Below, piece by piece: positions 47,901-59,790 of a stretch of 64,000 nt of DNA (positions are counted from its first letter, which is position 1; each line of letters begins with the position of its first letter). A model generated the notes under the pieces. It saw nothing but the letters and a program-made list of their open reading frames with translations, was not told the origin of the DNA and did not search any database. The DNA lies in the NCBI GenBank assembly GCA_013265495.1, contig MU058221.1, positions 434,001-498,000 on the forward strand. The letters run 5' to 3'. A program made the translations under genes and the position numbers. Origin of the DNA: Vicugna vicugna (taxonomy: Eukaryota).

Positions 47901-50900
47901 GTGCAACTGATGCTGCAGTGATTTTAAACCCCAAGCAACATACTCTTGTCACTGCTCGTAGAATTTCCCCTATTTGATGACACCACTTGACTGTGCAATC
48001 ATTGACTTAACCTTGTAAAATAGGTTGCTCTTGTCAACTTATCATTTTTGGCACTGTGGAGCATATTCTGTCTGGAATAGAATAGATTTCCCACCAGCTA
48101 TATCCTTTCCTGTAAAACACCCACATGCACCCACACACACGCACCCACACACACGCACACGTTTATTTCTTCTCATTCTAATTAGCAAGAGAAGTTTCGC
48201 CAAAGTCCCACGATACGCAGCCTGAGGTTTTACTGGCTTAAGCAGCCGTAGGAACTTTCCAGAGAGATTAACCCCGTGGAGACTTCTTACTTAATCTCAC
48301 TGCCAAGTTGACAAAAACAAAAAGTCCTCCTGAAGCAACTGAGCCGTGGGGCCATTTCCTGTTGGCGCAGGTGTTCTCCGCTATGCTGGCCAACGTGAAT
48401 ATCAAGGCTGCGTCAGGAAAAAAAAAATAAAGTCATCTGATGGGATTAAGGTTTTAAATTTATTTCAACTGAACTCAGTCCATCTGCAGTAGGATTTTAG
48501 AAGTAGATTCTCATCTAAAAATCGCAAAACAAAGCCCATGTTTTCTGATATTACTATTTTTGCTCACTTGATTAAATTAATAACTCATGGAGGCATCAGA
48601 TTTAAGATCCCACCCATACTCCTACATGAGTCTGAATCACATTTATTAAAATTTCAGTATTTTCTATCTATAGTCACGCCACGGTCAGTTTTCAACAATT
48701 TTTTTTCTAATGTGAACAGCATAAGAAAAAATATCTTATTTATATAGCACCTTTCAATCAAAATGTTCTTTGTACACTGTACACGGTTAATTTTTCCTCT
48801 CAAATGCACGCGTGAAACTCCCACGGATCTACCAGCAATTTCATGGGGCTACTTTAGGATCACGCTGGAAAAGGCCTCAGCAGAATAAGAAGCCGGATGT
48901 AGCCTTCCCTCAACTTAAGGAGGTTCCAGCTATGTTTACATTGTCTAGTTGTAGGCGGAAATATTGTTAAGGACATAATAAAACGGATCCAGTGGATTTG
49001 TAATCGGTGACATGCAGGCGGGAGCCTGTTCACTTAACTGAAGAGAAGCGTAAAACTTAAACTGAGTCAGAAACAGGTGAGAGAGGCTGGAGCAGATCTC
49101 TGATCATCCTGGCGTCTTTTTTTCACCCCCATGGAATCACCCTTTGTCTCTTCCTGTTTCCAAGTACCTGGATTCTCATTATGTTTCCCCTGGTATTAAA
49201 ATTGCTTCCAGAAAAGGCTAGAGGATTTACTTAACCCTGTAGATATGCAATTGCTAACAGTTTTATTTGAACTCTCTGGGGTTTTGTATTTTAAAAGCTA
49301 ATAAAGCATTAAGACGAGGAAGACAATCTCAGGCAGCAGGTGGAAGACACTGCATTCTTTCTTTCAGATTGTAAACAGTCTAGTCACCAGTTTCATATAC
49401 TGCTCACACTGGGCATGTCTTAAACATAAATGCAGGCTGGCACGGCTCAGAAATCTCACAGGAAAGGGTCTGGCTTAGTCTGAGGCTGATTTGAAAAATG
49501 AATTGGAGGCGACAAAGGGTAGATGATTGATTTTTTTAAAAGGCCAGATCTTTGGGGGAAATTTAAAAAATGTCTGGCAACTCCAAGTGTACTTAAGTAC
49601 ATGGCTGTTGTTCTGTGTAATATAAGTAAATTTATGCTATTAAAATCCAAATACAATGTGACCAAAGGCAGAATGAAAATATTTGACCTAGGAAATAGAA
49701 TTGAGAGTTTATATTACTTGATTAAAAGATAACTTGAAAGAAAGCTACGAACACAAGGACAACAAAATACACGGATATTAACGGACGTGTGTAAACAGCA
49801 GACAACACGCAATACAACAATGACAACAGGGACAAGGACACTAGTCCTAGGAATGCTCACATTATAGGACATTTTACATTCAAGTTTTCATTTGCTTTCT
49901 TATAATATGCCCTTCTAAGTGAGTGATTGAGTAATCCATTTAGGACAGAAAGTGAGACATTTTCAATATAAATGGAAAGGGAAAAAGAGATTTAGGGAGA
50001 CAGAAAACAATTACCTGAGTTGGGGCATCGCCAGAACACATACATTAACAGTCCCATCCTGGGGGGAGTCTCCTGGAATCTCTGATGCTCACTGGTAGCC
50101 AGGACCCTTCTTTATTTCCCACCAGAAAGACACATGATATTTTATGGTACTGGCGCGCGCCAGCATTTTCTGTTTGCTCAGCAATTTTGTATACCAGTGC
50201 CTTTTACTGCCTTCTCCAGGAGGAATGTGTAGTTTGCATTTGGATCTGTGGAGCTGCTGAGTAGTCTGACAAGGTTTTCCCAAAAGGGACGTGTGCAGTG
50301 TCTTACAATAAGGGACGTTACAACCCTCCCCGGCATCGCTCACTCAGACCTAGAGGGCAGTGCAGTGCTCAGTAATGACTTCATGAGCAGGTCAGAACGA
50401 CCCCCAGCTCCATCCTTAGCACTTCCCAAAAGGGGAAGAAAAACACTGAAGTCTACTGGATAAAACACTTTCTTTGGGAAAGAAGGCGGCCGTTGGTGAA
50501 GGCTAGGTGGCACGCGCAGGTGCACAGCCGGGAACGAACTCCCTCCAGCGGCTTTGCTTCCACTGCCAAGCAGAGTAGTGGCTGACCGTGTTAGAGCTTC
50601 TCTTTTCTCCATCTGTGCACACGTCAGGCTCCGTAGAGATGCTTCAACGCAGCTGATCTCCAATAATACACAATTCAATCATGCTAGCTTTGCACTAATC
50701 TTTGTTCTCTGAATGAATCCAGGAACACTGCTCCTGGCTGTACATATATATACACAGACCACACAATTAGGTTGCAACACAGTACAGTGTGGATTATAAA
50801 ATCTTTGGAAAAGATCAACTCAGCATTAGCTTGGTTACCCATTCTGCAAAATGCCATATTCTGTACTGCAGAGAACATGGTCCCAACTTTCAAATCACAT

Positions 50901-51302
50901 AGATTTGCAAACGTGGAAAAAAGAATGAACTTTCACTTAAAGGAAATATTTTAAAAAATCCTTTTGCTAAGTTTGCCTTAAAGGTTCACATTACTCTGTG
51001 AGGTGTACAGTAGTAAGATGTTAACATCAAAATGATTCCTAGTCCAATCTCTTGGTATCACAGTTAATGAAACTGGGCATGAGCTGAGTTGAGGGCTGGG
51101 CTAATGTTGTACCGTAGCTGGCAGAGCATCCAGAGTGCAGACTGTAATCTGCTTTCAACCGGTAACTAGTTCAGTGACGTAAATAGTCTCACCACCTCTC
51201 TTGTCAAGGATATCTCAAGTAATTGCATGTACTGAACTAAAAATTTTGGGTTTCTTCCATAACTTATGCATCCCACTTAAGGATATAAAACTTGTAAAAC
51301 TA

Positions 51303-51878
51303 TGTGCTGGACAGACTCTGAGCTGATCCCCAATGATCTCTGCCTCCTGCTACTAACGTCCTCATATGATCCCATCCCACCGAGGGGGCGGGAATTGTGA
51401 CCTGCTTCCAAACAATAGAAACCAGTAGGTGATGCAGCGTCGCTTTGGGGATGACACTGTATGTCGTTGTAACTTTTGGCTTGCTAACGAACAGACCGTC
51501 TCTCTTCCTGCCTTCGATGAAGCCAGCTGCCGTTTTATGAGCTGTCCCTTGCAGAGACCTGGGTGGTAAGGAGTGAAAAGCTACCTCGGACAGCCAGCAA
51601 GGAATTTGGGCCCCCGTTCACACAAGACACAAGGGATCTGATCCTGTCAACAGCTGTGGAAGTAAACTTTCAAGAGGATGCTTCCCCAGTCAAATCTTCA
51701 GATAAGTCCTCAACCCAGGGCAGAAACAACCGAAGCCTTGTGAGGAACTCGGGAGCGGAGGATCCAGCTAAGTTATGCCTGGACTCCTGACCCACAGGAA
51801 TGGTGAGCCAGTAAGTATGTCTGTTTTAGGATGCTGATTTTTAGACAATCGGTTATACCCCGACAGATAACTAACACG
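51303..51878 (+). mobile_element. MaLR solo LTR, MLT1E-like
   Basis: tgtgctggacagactctgagctgatccccaatgatctctgcctcctg...cagccagcaagga...ttccccagtcaa...gatccagctaagttatgcctggactcctgacccacagga...cagataactaacac. Confidence 0.9.
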
Positions 51879-52091
51879 ACTGGTTGCTGAGTGAAACAGC
51901 AGGGTACAAATTTAAAGGGCATAAAGCCGTGCACACACATCCATGTTTTTATATAGTAAATGTTTATTGTGACTCTAAAAACAGTATATAGCATTTTTAC
52001 TTATCCACTTTTACTTTAGCCTTTAACTCTGGTTGATTTTTCTTTGGTCATACATAAAAGAAAAATTACTCTGCAATTAGGTAAAAAATAT

Positions 52092-52447
52092 CAGATTCGT
52101 GGTTGTCAGGTCGGTGTTGGGGGCTGGGTGAGATGGGTGAAGGTGGTCGGAAGGTACAAACTTGCATTTGCAAAATAGGTCCTGGGAATGTGAAGTATTG
52201 CACATTACATATAAATATAGCTTTGTAACCATAGCTAATGATATTGTAGTTTATATTTGAAAGTTGCTAAGAGTGTATCTCTTAAAAGTTCTCATCACAA
52301 AAGGAAAAGTTTTAAATAAATGTGAGGTGATGGATGGTAACTAGACATACTTTGGTCATCTTTTCACAATATAAATATACATCAATTTGTTACGTTGCAC
52401 ACCTAAAAGTAGTCTAATGCCATATGTCAATGACATCTCAGTCACAA
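52092..52447 (+). mobile_element. L1MA9-like 3' UTR
   Basis: gggtgagatgggtgaaggtggtcggaaggtacaaactt...tatttgaaagttgctaagag...aagttctcatcacaaaa...atgtcaatgacatctca. Confidence 0.85.
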
Positions 52448-52619
52448 TGTTTTAATCTAATAATTAAACAGCAGCAAGCATAAGTTGATAAGCCATGCCG
52501 CAGAAAGGAGGTGGTGATGCAGCGAGGGCCACGTTGATAAACTGGTTAAAGGTTTCCAATCCCTGGTTTTCCAAATATTAAAAACATCAATTCCCACAGT
52601 TCGCACACTGTGCAGGATA

Positions 52620-54977
52620 CAGGCATGCCTCATTTTGTTGCCCTCCACTTTACTAAGCTTTGAAGATACTGTGTCTATTTTACAAATTGAAGATTTGTGG
52701 CCACCCTGTCTCGAGCAAGCTGTCGGCACCACTTTTTCCAATGGCATTGGCTCACTTCGTGTCTCTGTGTCACATTTTGGTAATCCTTACAGTAGTTCAT
52801 TCTGTTCATAATTACTCTGTTGGTCGTGGTGACCTGTGATCGGTGACCTTTGATGTTACTGTTGTAATTGTTTGGGGGGGCACCAAAAAAGACGCCCACA
52901 TAAAATAACAAATAATCAGTGAACGTCTGTGTCCTGGCTGCCCCACCCATTGGCCGTCCCCGTGCCCCTCCCCCTGCTCAAGCCTTCTTATTCCCTAAGA
53001 CACAATAATATTGAAATGAAGTCGGTGGATAACCCGTCAATGGCCTCGAAGTATTTGAGTGAAAGGAAGGGTTATGTATCTCTCACTTTAAATCAAAATC
53101 TCAAAATAACAAAGTGTAGTGAGGCAGGCATTCTGGAAGCTGAAACAGGCCAAAAGCCAGGCCTCCTGAGCCAGCTAGCCAAGTGGTGCATGTAGAGGAG
53201 ACGTTCTTAACAAAAATCAGAAGTGCTGCTCCAGTGAGCGCATGAAAGATAAGAAAGCAAACCACCCTCATTGTGAATGTCAAGAATGTTCCAGTGACTT
53301 GGATAAAAGATTAAACCAGCCACAGTCTGACTGAGAACAAGGTTCAGCTCTCTCCAGTTCTGTGAAGGCTGAGTGAGGTGAGAAAGCTCTACAGAAGTTT
53401 GAAACTTAGCAGAGCTTTGTTCATGAGGTTTAAGGAAAGGAGCTGTCTCCATAACATAAAATTACAGAGTGACCCAGCAAGGGCCGATGGCCAAGCTGCA
53501 TGCCACCCAGGAGACCTGGCTAAGGCAGCAACTGATGGCGGCTGGATTTTCTGTGTAGACAAGTCAGCCTTCTGTTGGAAGAAGACGACAGCTAGGACTT
53601 TTACAGCTTGAGAGAAGCCAATGCCTGGCTTCAAAGCTTCAAAAGACCGACTCTCACGTTGGGGGCTAAAGCATCTGGTGGTTTTACGTCAAATCCAACC
53701 CTAATTTACCATCCCCCAAATCATAGGGCCCTTCAGAATTGTGCTTAATCTACTCCGTGTGCTCTATCAGTGGAACAACAGAACCTAAATGATAATGTAT
53801 CTGTTTACAATACGGTCTACTGAATAATTTAAGCCCACTGTTGAGAACTAACGTTCAGAAAAAAATATTTTTTTCAATATATTACTGTTCACTGACAATG
53901 CACCTGGTTACCCTGGAGCTCTGCTAAAGATGTACACTGAGATTAATGCTGTTCTCATGCCTGCTAACAAAACTTCTACTCTGCAGGTCATGGATCAAGG
54001 TGTAATTTCAACTTTCAAGTCTTGTTATTTAAGAAATACGTTTCATAAGGCTATAGCTGCCATACACAGTGATTCCTCTGATGTATCAGGGCAAAGTAAA
54101 CTTGAAAACCTTTTGGAAAAGATTCACCCTTTAGATGGCATTAAGGATATTCACAATCCATGGGAAGAAGTCAAAATAGCAACATTAACAGGAAATTAGA
54201 AGAAGTTGATTCCAGCCCTCCTGAATGACTTTGAGAGGTTCAAGGTTTCAGAGGAGAAAGTAACCACAGATGTGCTGGAAACAGCAGGAAAACTGGAATT
54301 AGAGGTGGAGCCTGAAAACGGGACCAAATTCCTGCAACCTCGTGATAAAACTTTAGTGGATGAGGGGCTGCCGTCCACGGATGAACAACAAAATGGTTTC
54401 TTGAGATGGAATCAACTTCTGGGGAAGATGCTCTGAAGACTGTTGAAATGACAGCAAAGGATTTAGAATATTACGTAAACTTAGTTGATAAAGGAGCAGC
54501 TGGGTTTGAAAGGACTGATTCCAAATTTGAAAGAAGTTCTACTGTGGGCAAAAAGCTGTCGAACTCTACGGCATGCTCCACAGAAATCGTTCATGAAAGG
54601 CAGTGTCAACGCATGCAACAGACTTCAAGGCCACGTCTTATTTTAAGAAGTGTCTGCAGCCACCCCAGCCTTCAGCAACCACCACCCTGGTCAGTCCACA
54701 GCCATTAGCACTGAGGCAAGACCCTCCCCAAGCTAGAAGATTATGACTTGCTGAAGTCTCCGACGGTAGTGAGCAATTTTAGCAATAAAATATGTTTTAA
54801 TTAAGGTATTTACACTGTTGTTTCAGATATGATGACACTGCAGACTTTAAGACTACAGTTTTATTTAAACATAACTCTCAAGTACACTGAGAAACCAAAA
54901 TATTCCTGTGACTTGATTTATTGCATTAATTGCTTTGGCATAGTTGTCTGGAACTGAATATCTCTGAGGCATGCCTG
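52620..54977 (+). mobile_element. Tigger1 (TcMar/pogo DNA transposon), near full length, with a disrupted transposase
   Basis: TIRs caggcatgcctca (52620-52632) and tgaggcatgcctg (54965-54977), each flanked by TA; length 2358 bp. Pogo DDE motifs LLFTDNAPGYP and MPANKTSTLQVMDQGVISTFKSCY lie in broken ORFs (53378-54708). Confidence 0.96.
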
Positions 54978-57069
54978 TATTTTAAACTTAATTTTTTAAA
55001 TTGAGGAATTTTTCATTTAGAATTTATCAGAAGTTTTGGGAAATAAAATCTTACAACGTTTAGCATTTTACCATTTGTTTTAAAAGAACTATAAATTTCA
55101 CCTTATTTTGGGCAGATTCTATGTGCTCTGCTTCTTTGGTGAGGTTTTTTTTTTATTATCTCATTTTTTTATTATCTCATTATTATCTTTATTTCCTTCA
55201 GTTTTAAATGAGTGATTTGAAAAAAGTTAGTTAAGAAAGGATGTATTCTTAGTTAAAATATCCATAATTTTTGTGCAACTTTAAAAAGGAAGGGTTTTTA
55301 CATTTTAAAACAATTATTCCTTTTAATTTTAAAATGATTTTGCTGCTTTAACTTCTAGGTTTTTTTCAGGAATTACTGACTGTTTTACCTTTATGAACAG
55401 TGGTTAATCAGCTAAAGCATCAGAACTTTGTAATTGCCGTGTTATTTAGTGTACTTTGGATGAAGTGTAAATTAACACCCTTGATTACTGGAATTTTGAA
55501 TCAAAGTTAAAAGGTCAAATAAAAATGTCTTGGCTTTGTTTTTTATATTCTAATACTAAATTAGCATTCAGTTATTTATCTATTTCTTTCAGGAAGATAA
55601 AACCAAAAGTTTCCCTATTCTTTTATTCTTTTTTGAGATTTTATTTTCCTCATTATAACAACCTTATCAAAGACACTTAGATGTAAACCAAATACAGAGT
55701 CTCAGCAATAAAAAGGGAACAGTTGGGGCTGGAAAGCTGCATCAGGGAAACTTCTCCACAATGTAGAGCAAATGTTTCCAGGGATGGAAAAGTCAAGGGC
55801 GAAAATGAGAAGACATGCAGAATCAGTGAAGCAAGTCCAACATCCGTGTGGAGATATCTTAGCACCAAAACAAGGAAAAGAAAAAGGAAAAGAGAAGGAA
55901 AGGAAATAACCCAAAACGCATTGAAAGAAAGCTGCCCGAGGCCACAGGAAGAGGAGTGGCTTCAAGCTGATCAGACCTCTGGGTCCTGGCGAACGAACAC
56001 AAGCCCGTGACTAGAGAGAAGGTCAAATCAATTTGTTTCCCAGCACAAAACGGCCGTGACCACAACGGCTACAACAGCAGTGCCACAGCCTGCTGATAAG
56101 TGAATCGGGCGCCCAACTGGGACTTAGTTGTTCGTTAGTGGCCATGAAGACAAGAAGGACATTTTTATCATCCTTAAAAGAAATAGTTTGAAAGCAAAAT
56201 TCTGGGGAGCCTTAATGGCAATCAAGTGCGAGGCGAAAATGAAACATTTTCAAACAATTACTATTTCAGATAATTCACCATTCACATGTGGTCTGTGAAG
56301 TTCTTTCCTTTCTTTCGTTTGTGGGGTAATTTTCACTTACACTTATAATGATGATTCAGGTTTGTTATTACTGCTATTACCCCAGAACGTAACTTTTTTG
56401 AGGTGAAAGTTTGCTTCATTCTTTAAACGTATTCTTGCTATCTCTTTTAGTTTATGTTTCTTGTTAGGTGCAGAGACACTGAATTTATGTTAACTTTATT
56501 GTTTTAGCAATCTTAGTAAAGAGTCTGTATTAAATTCTTCTAGTGTTAGCTTTTAGGGAAAAAAATTAATCCTAATTTTTTTCTCATAACCATCATGCGA
56601 AATGAAATAGAACCTCTCTGGTTTCTATTATTCCAGACGAAAAAATACAGTCAATACTTTCTTTTTTATACAAGTGGTTTCTCTATCTGTCCTCTCATTT
56701 ATGTTGAGGCAAATTTGGTTCTATTATTTTTCCATACACTTCTTTAAAATATTACAATATTTGAATGACATACTCTGTTCTAATCTAATACTGCTGTTTA
56801 CATGTAATTCCAACTGCAAATGGTTGCAAGGCTTGCCATCTGTATTTTTATGCTAAAAAATATACTGCAAATCCTTTTATGACTACCCTGGTTGGTGGAA
56901 ATGATCTTCAGTAAAATTCATATTTGTTCATTGCCTATCTCTCAACAGACATTACACATACGTAATAATTGGTTTAAAATTGAATTTCTAGTACAAAATC
57001 CTTTCTAAGCAATGCTAAGCTTTTGATGCTCTGCTTCTACTGTTTTTAACCATTTTGTACTACGGTGTC

Positions 57070-57185
57070 CAAACTAGACTGTGAGTGCCCGGAGCGGAGA
57101 GGCTGGGTTATTTTTATGTTGCATCTCCAGCATGTAGTAATACGTCTAGCACATAGTTAAGTGGCCAAAATTTTCTGTTGACCAA
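57070..57185 (+). mobile_element. L2 3' end fragment
   Basis: actagactgtgagtgcccggag...gcatctccagcatgtag...ctagcacatagttaagtggcc. Confidence 0.7.
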
Positions 57186-57864
57186 AGGATGCGTTAATTG
57201 GTATCTGGGTGGTCCCCTTCCTTTCGGCCCTTCTTCAGACCCAGAGGACTCTCTCCTGGCAGGTTTTTATCGCACTGCTACAGCCCCAGATACAAGGAGA
57301 CCTAATCCTGGGAGGTCATTTTAGTAGCAACCCGATACATTTAATTTAAAAGGAAAGAATACTAGTAATCCTCTTGCTCAGCTTGCAAGAGGATTTCTGT
57401 GGCCAGGCCAAACTGCAGTCTGAGCGCCAGATTGACATGAACTGGACCAAAAAGGAGATCAAACAATCACAGTGGGTGTGCGTGGTTGGGGGAGGGTGGC
57501 TGGGACAAGAGGAGATTCTGCAAGCAATCAGAAAGGTCAAAAGTGTCTCACTATAGTCCACCCTTCATCCCACTGCTTCTCAGAAATCCTTACTTCAGGA
57601 ACTGGGGAAACTGGAGCAGTCACAGTCCCTGAAAATTACCTCATCAGCTGTCTCAGCTTCAGTGATCTGGGGGCGCTAACGGTGAACACTTCAGACGAAC
57701 TAAGCGAGTGTGAGTTGGCTGGAAGCAAAGCCTTTTATACTGATCCTAACGTAATCAAGATTTATGTTTTATTGGTACCTAAATTGACTAAGAAGGCCAG
57801 CTGGGGGAAATGTGACTTTAAAAAAATGCCTTTGAATCTGATTTTCTGTTGAGCAGTTGATTTT

Positions 57865-58030
57865 GTAACAGGCCCTGTGCTAGACTCATTATTGTATTAC
57901 TTCGTTGAATGCTCACAATTCCATCTTCTCCTCAGAAGAATAAAGAAGCTCAAAGAAGTGAAATGGGTTGCCCAAGTCATGGAGCTAGCTACAAGTCAGG
58001 GAATCCAACACCAGCTTTCAAACCAAATCA
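57865..58030 (-). mobile_element. MIR SINE (degenerate)
   Basis: caggccctgtgctag...aagctcaaagaagtgaaatgggttgcccaagtcatggagctagc...gggaatccaac. Confidence 0.7.
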
Positions 58031-58329
58031 TAACTACTATAAGGTCTACTTTAATACACAAAAATCACATTATGTATAACGCTGAATATTGGAAAAAGAC
58101 TGAATTCCAATAGAGACAACTGTGTAAGCAAACTATAATTATGTCCAAAGATTATCATGTGCCTACTAATATATTTACACTCGAGATGCTTTCATTAGGC
58201 CAAAGAAGTAGACTGTGAAATTGTGGACAAGATGCAGGCACACTGATTAAACAGCACCAGTAGGGCCTCTGGCTTGAGGGAGACGGTGGAGCAAGACCCA
58301 GTCTTTCTGTTCTTTGCTAACAGGTTCTG

Positions 58330-59790
58330 AAAGTCTTTTAAATGTTGAAACTTTTAACCCAATAATCCTATTCTTATAATCTGTTTTAAAGAAGCGATAT
58401 AAAGAGTAGATAAACAGTTGTGAAAAACAGTGTTCATCACAGTGAAACAATGTGAACAACTTGAATATCCAAGTGGGCACTTTCAAGGACACTATTGTGC
58501 ATACTTAGCATATCATGTTACATAGTCATTATGCCTCAGACCCTTTTTAAAGGCAAGGAAGAATGCCTGCAATACAATGGCGGGTAGAATTGCAGTGTGC
58601 AAACTTGTGTGTATCGTATGATCATAAAACAGAGACATGGACAAAGGACTGGAAAGAAAAGTGCCAAATGCTGCCAGCGGTTTTCCCTGGATGGTAGGAT
58701 GACGATTGGGCTCCCTCTTTATAATTTTCTGTGCTCTACAGCTTTTCCACAGTCACCATGTTTTATTTATATTTAAAATAAAATGTCACTTCCAACTTCC
58801 AACCTTTCTCCAATAAGCATGATTATTTTTACAAACAAATTAACAAAGCTATTGAATGATGACCTGCAAAAAAAGATTCTTCCTAATCCAATCTATTTTA
58901 ATCAGGTCTAATAAGACTGCAAACTATAAAATGCGGCAACAGCATCTTAATATTATCTCTACTCCCTTTTCTTACCACGGTGTGCTCAGTAAATGCTGTC
59001 TCAGTCAATAACAGCCAAAGACATGACTGATAAACAGGAAAGGACTTTTGAAAAAAAAAAGTCTGGAAGATATCATGAGTCTGTGGAAATTTCATATGAA
59101 CTTTTAACTAATAAATTATAATTTTGCATATAAACTTTTCTGGATCATAAGAAATAAATCTTTTAAATTAGTCTGGAGAAGCTAGCAACAGCTCAGATTA
59201 ATAAAGCAGCACCCTCCAAAAAAAAAAAATGGAAGAGTTCACTTTAACACACAGAACTCATTTCCAAACTTTAAAAATGTTTAAATAATTTATTAGACCA
59301 AAGGTTAAACTTAAAAGCATTTGAGAAGAGTCAATATTCTGGATAAAAAAATCAAAGCAAAACAAAGCAAACTAAAACTAAGAAAATTAATAAAAATGGA
59401 ATGTGACCTAAAATAGTGACATGCTACTTTTATTTTGTGGCTGTCAAATAGTCAAGAATGAAAAGAGAAAAGATAATGCCTAAGTTACGAAGAAGCAGCC
59501 CTAATCTCCTTATGAATGGATAAAATAATCTACTGGGAGCTGAATTTGTGGCTGTTTACTAAAAGCCTTTAGAAGTATATACACTTTGACCCATGTATTA
59601 TATACATGTGTAATATACATATTCCTAGTGTCTGTGTATTTTGTGTATATATATAACATTAAAGAAAAATACATAATCCTATATATATATAGTTTTAAAG
59701 AAGAAATACTGTAGCTGAAGCACATGCTTGAAATAAGCACGAAATGCAGGAAACAGCCCTGGGTGTATTGTAATATAATTTGCTGAGCGT
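58330..59790 (+). mobile_element. Ancient L1ME remnants (two or more pieces)
   Basis: ctttaacccaataatcctattct-like and acactttgacccatg motifs, aacaacttgaatatccaa, and L1ME 3' end ggactggaaagaaaagtgccaaatgc...gtggttt-like segment. Confidence 0.55.

Noticed and set aside
53378..54708. Transposase-like peptides as a possible domesticated TIGD gene
   Set aside because: Broken by many stops and frameshifts and enclosed by TIRs; an ordinary fossil Tigger1.
55700..56010. Lys/Arg-rich 95 aa ORF with an NLS-like RKRKRKR
   Set aside because: A purine-rich stretch that looks like a decayed L1 ORF1 remnant; the basic run simply reflects A/G richness.
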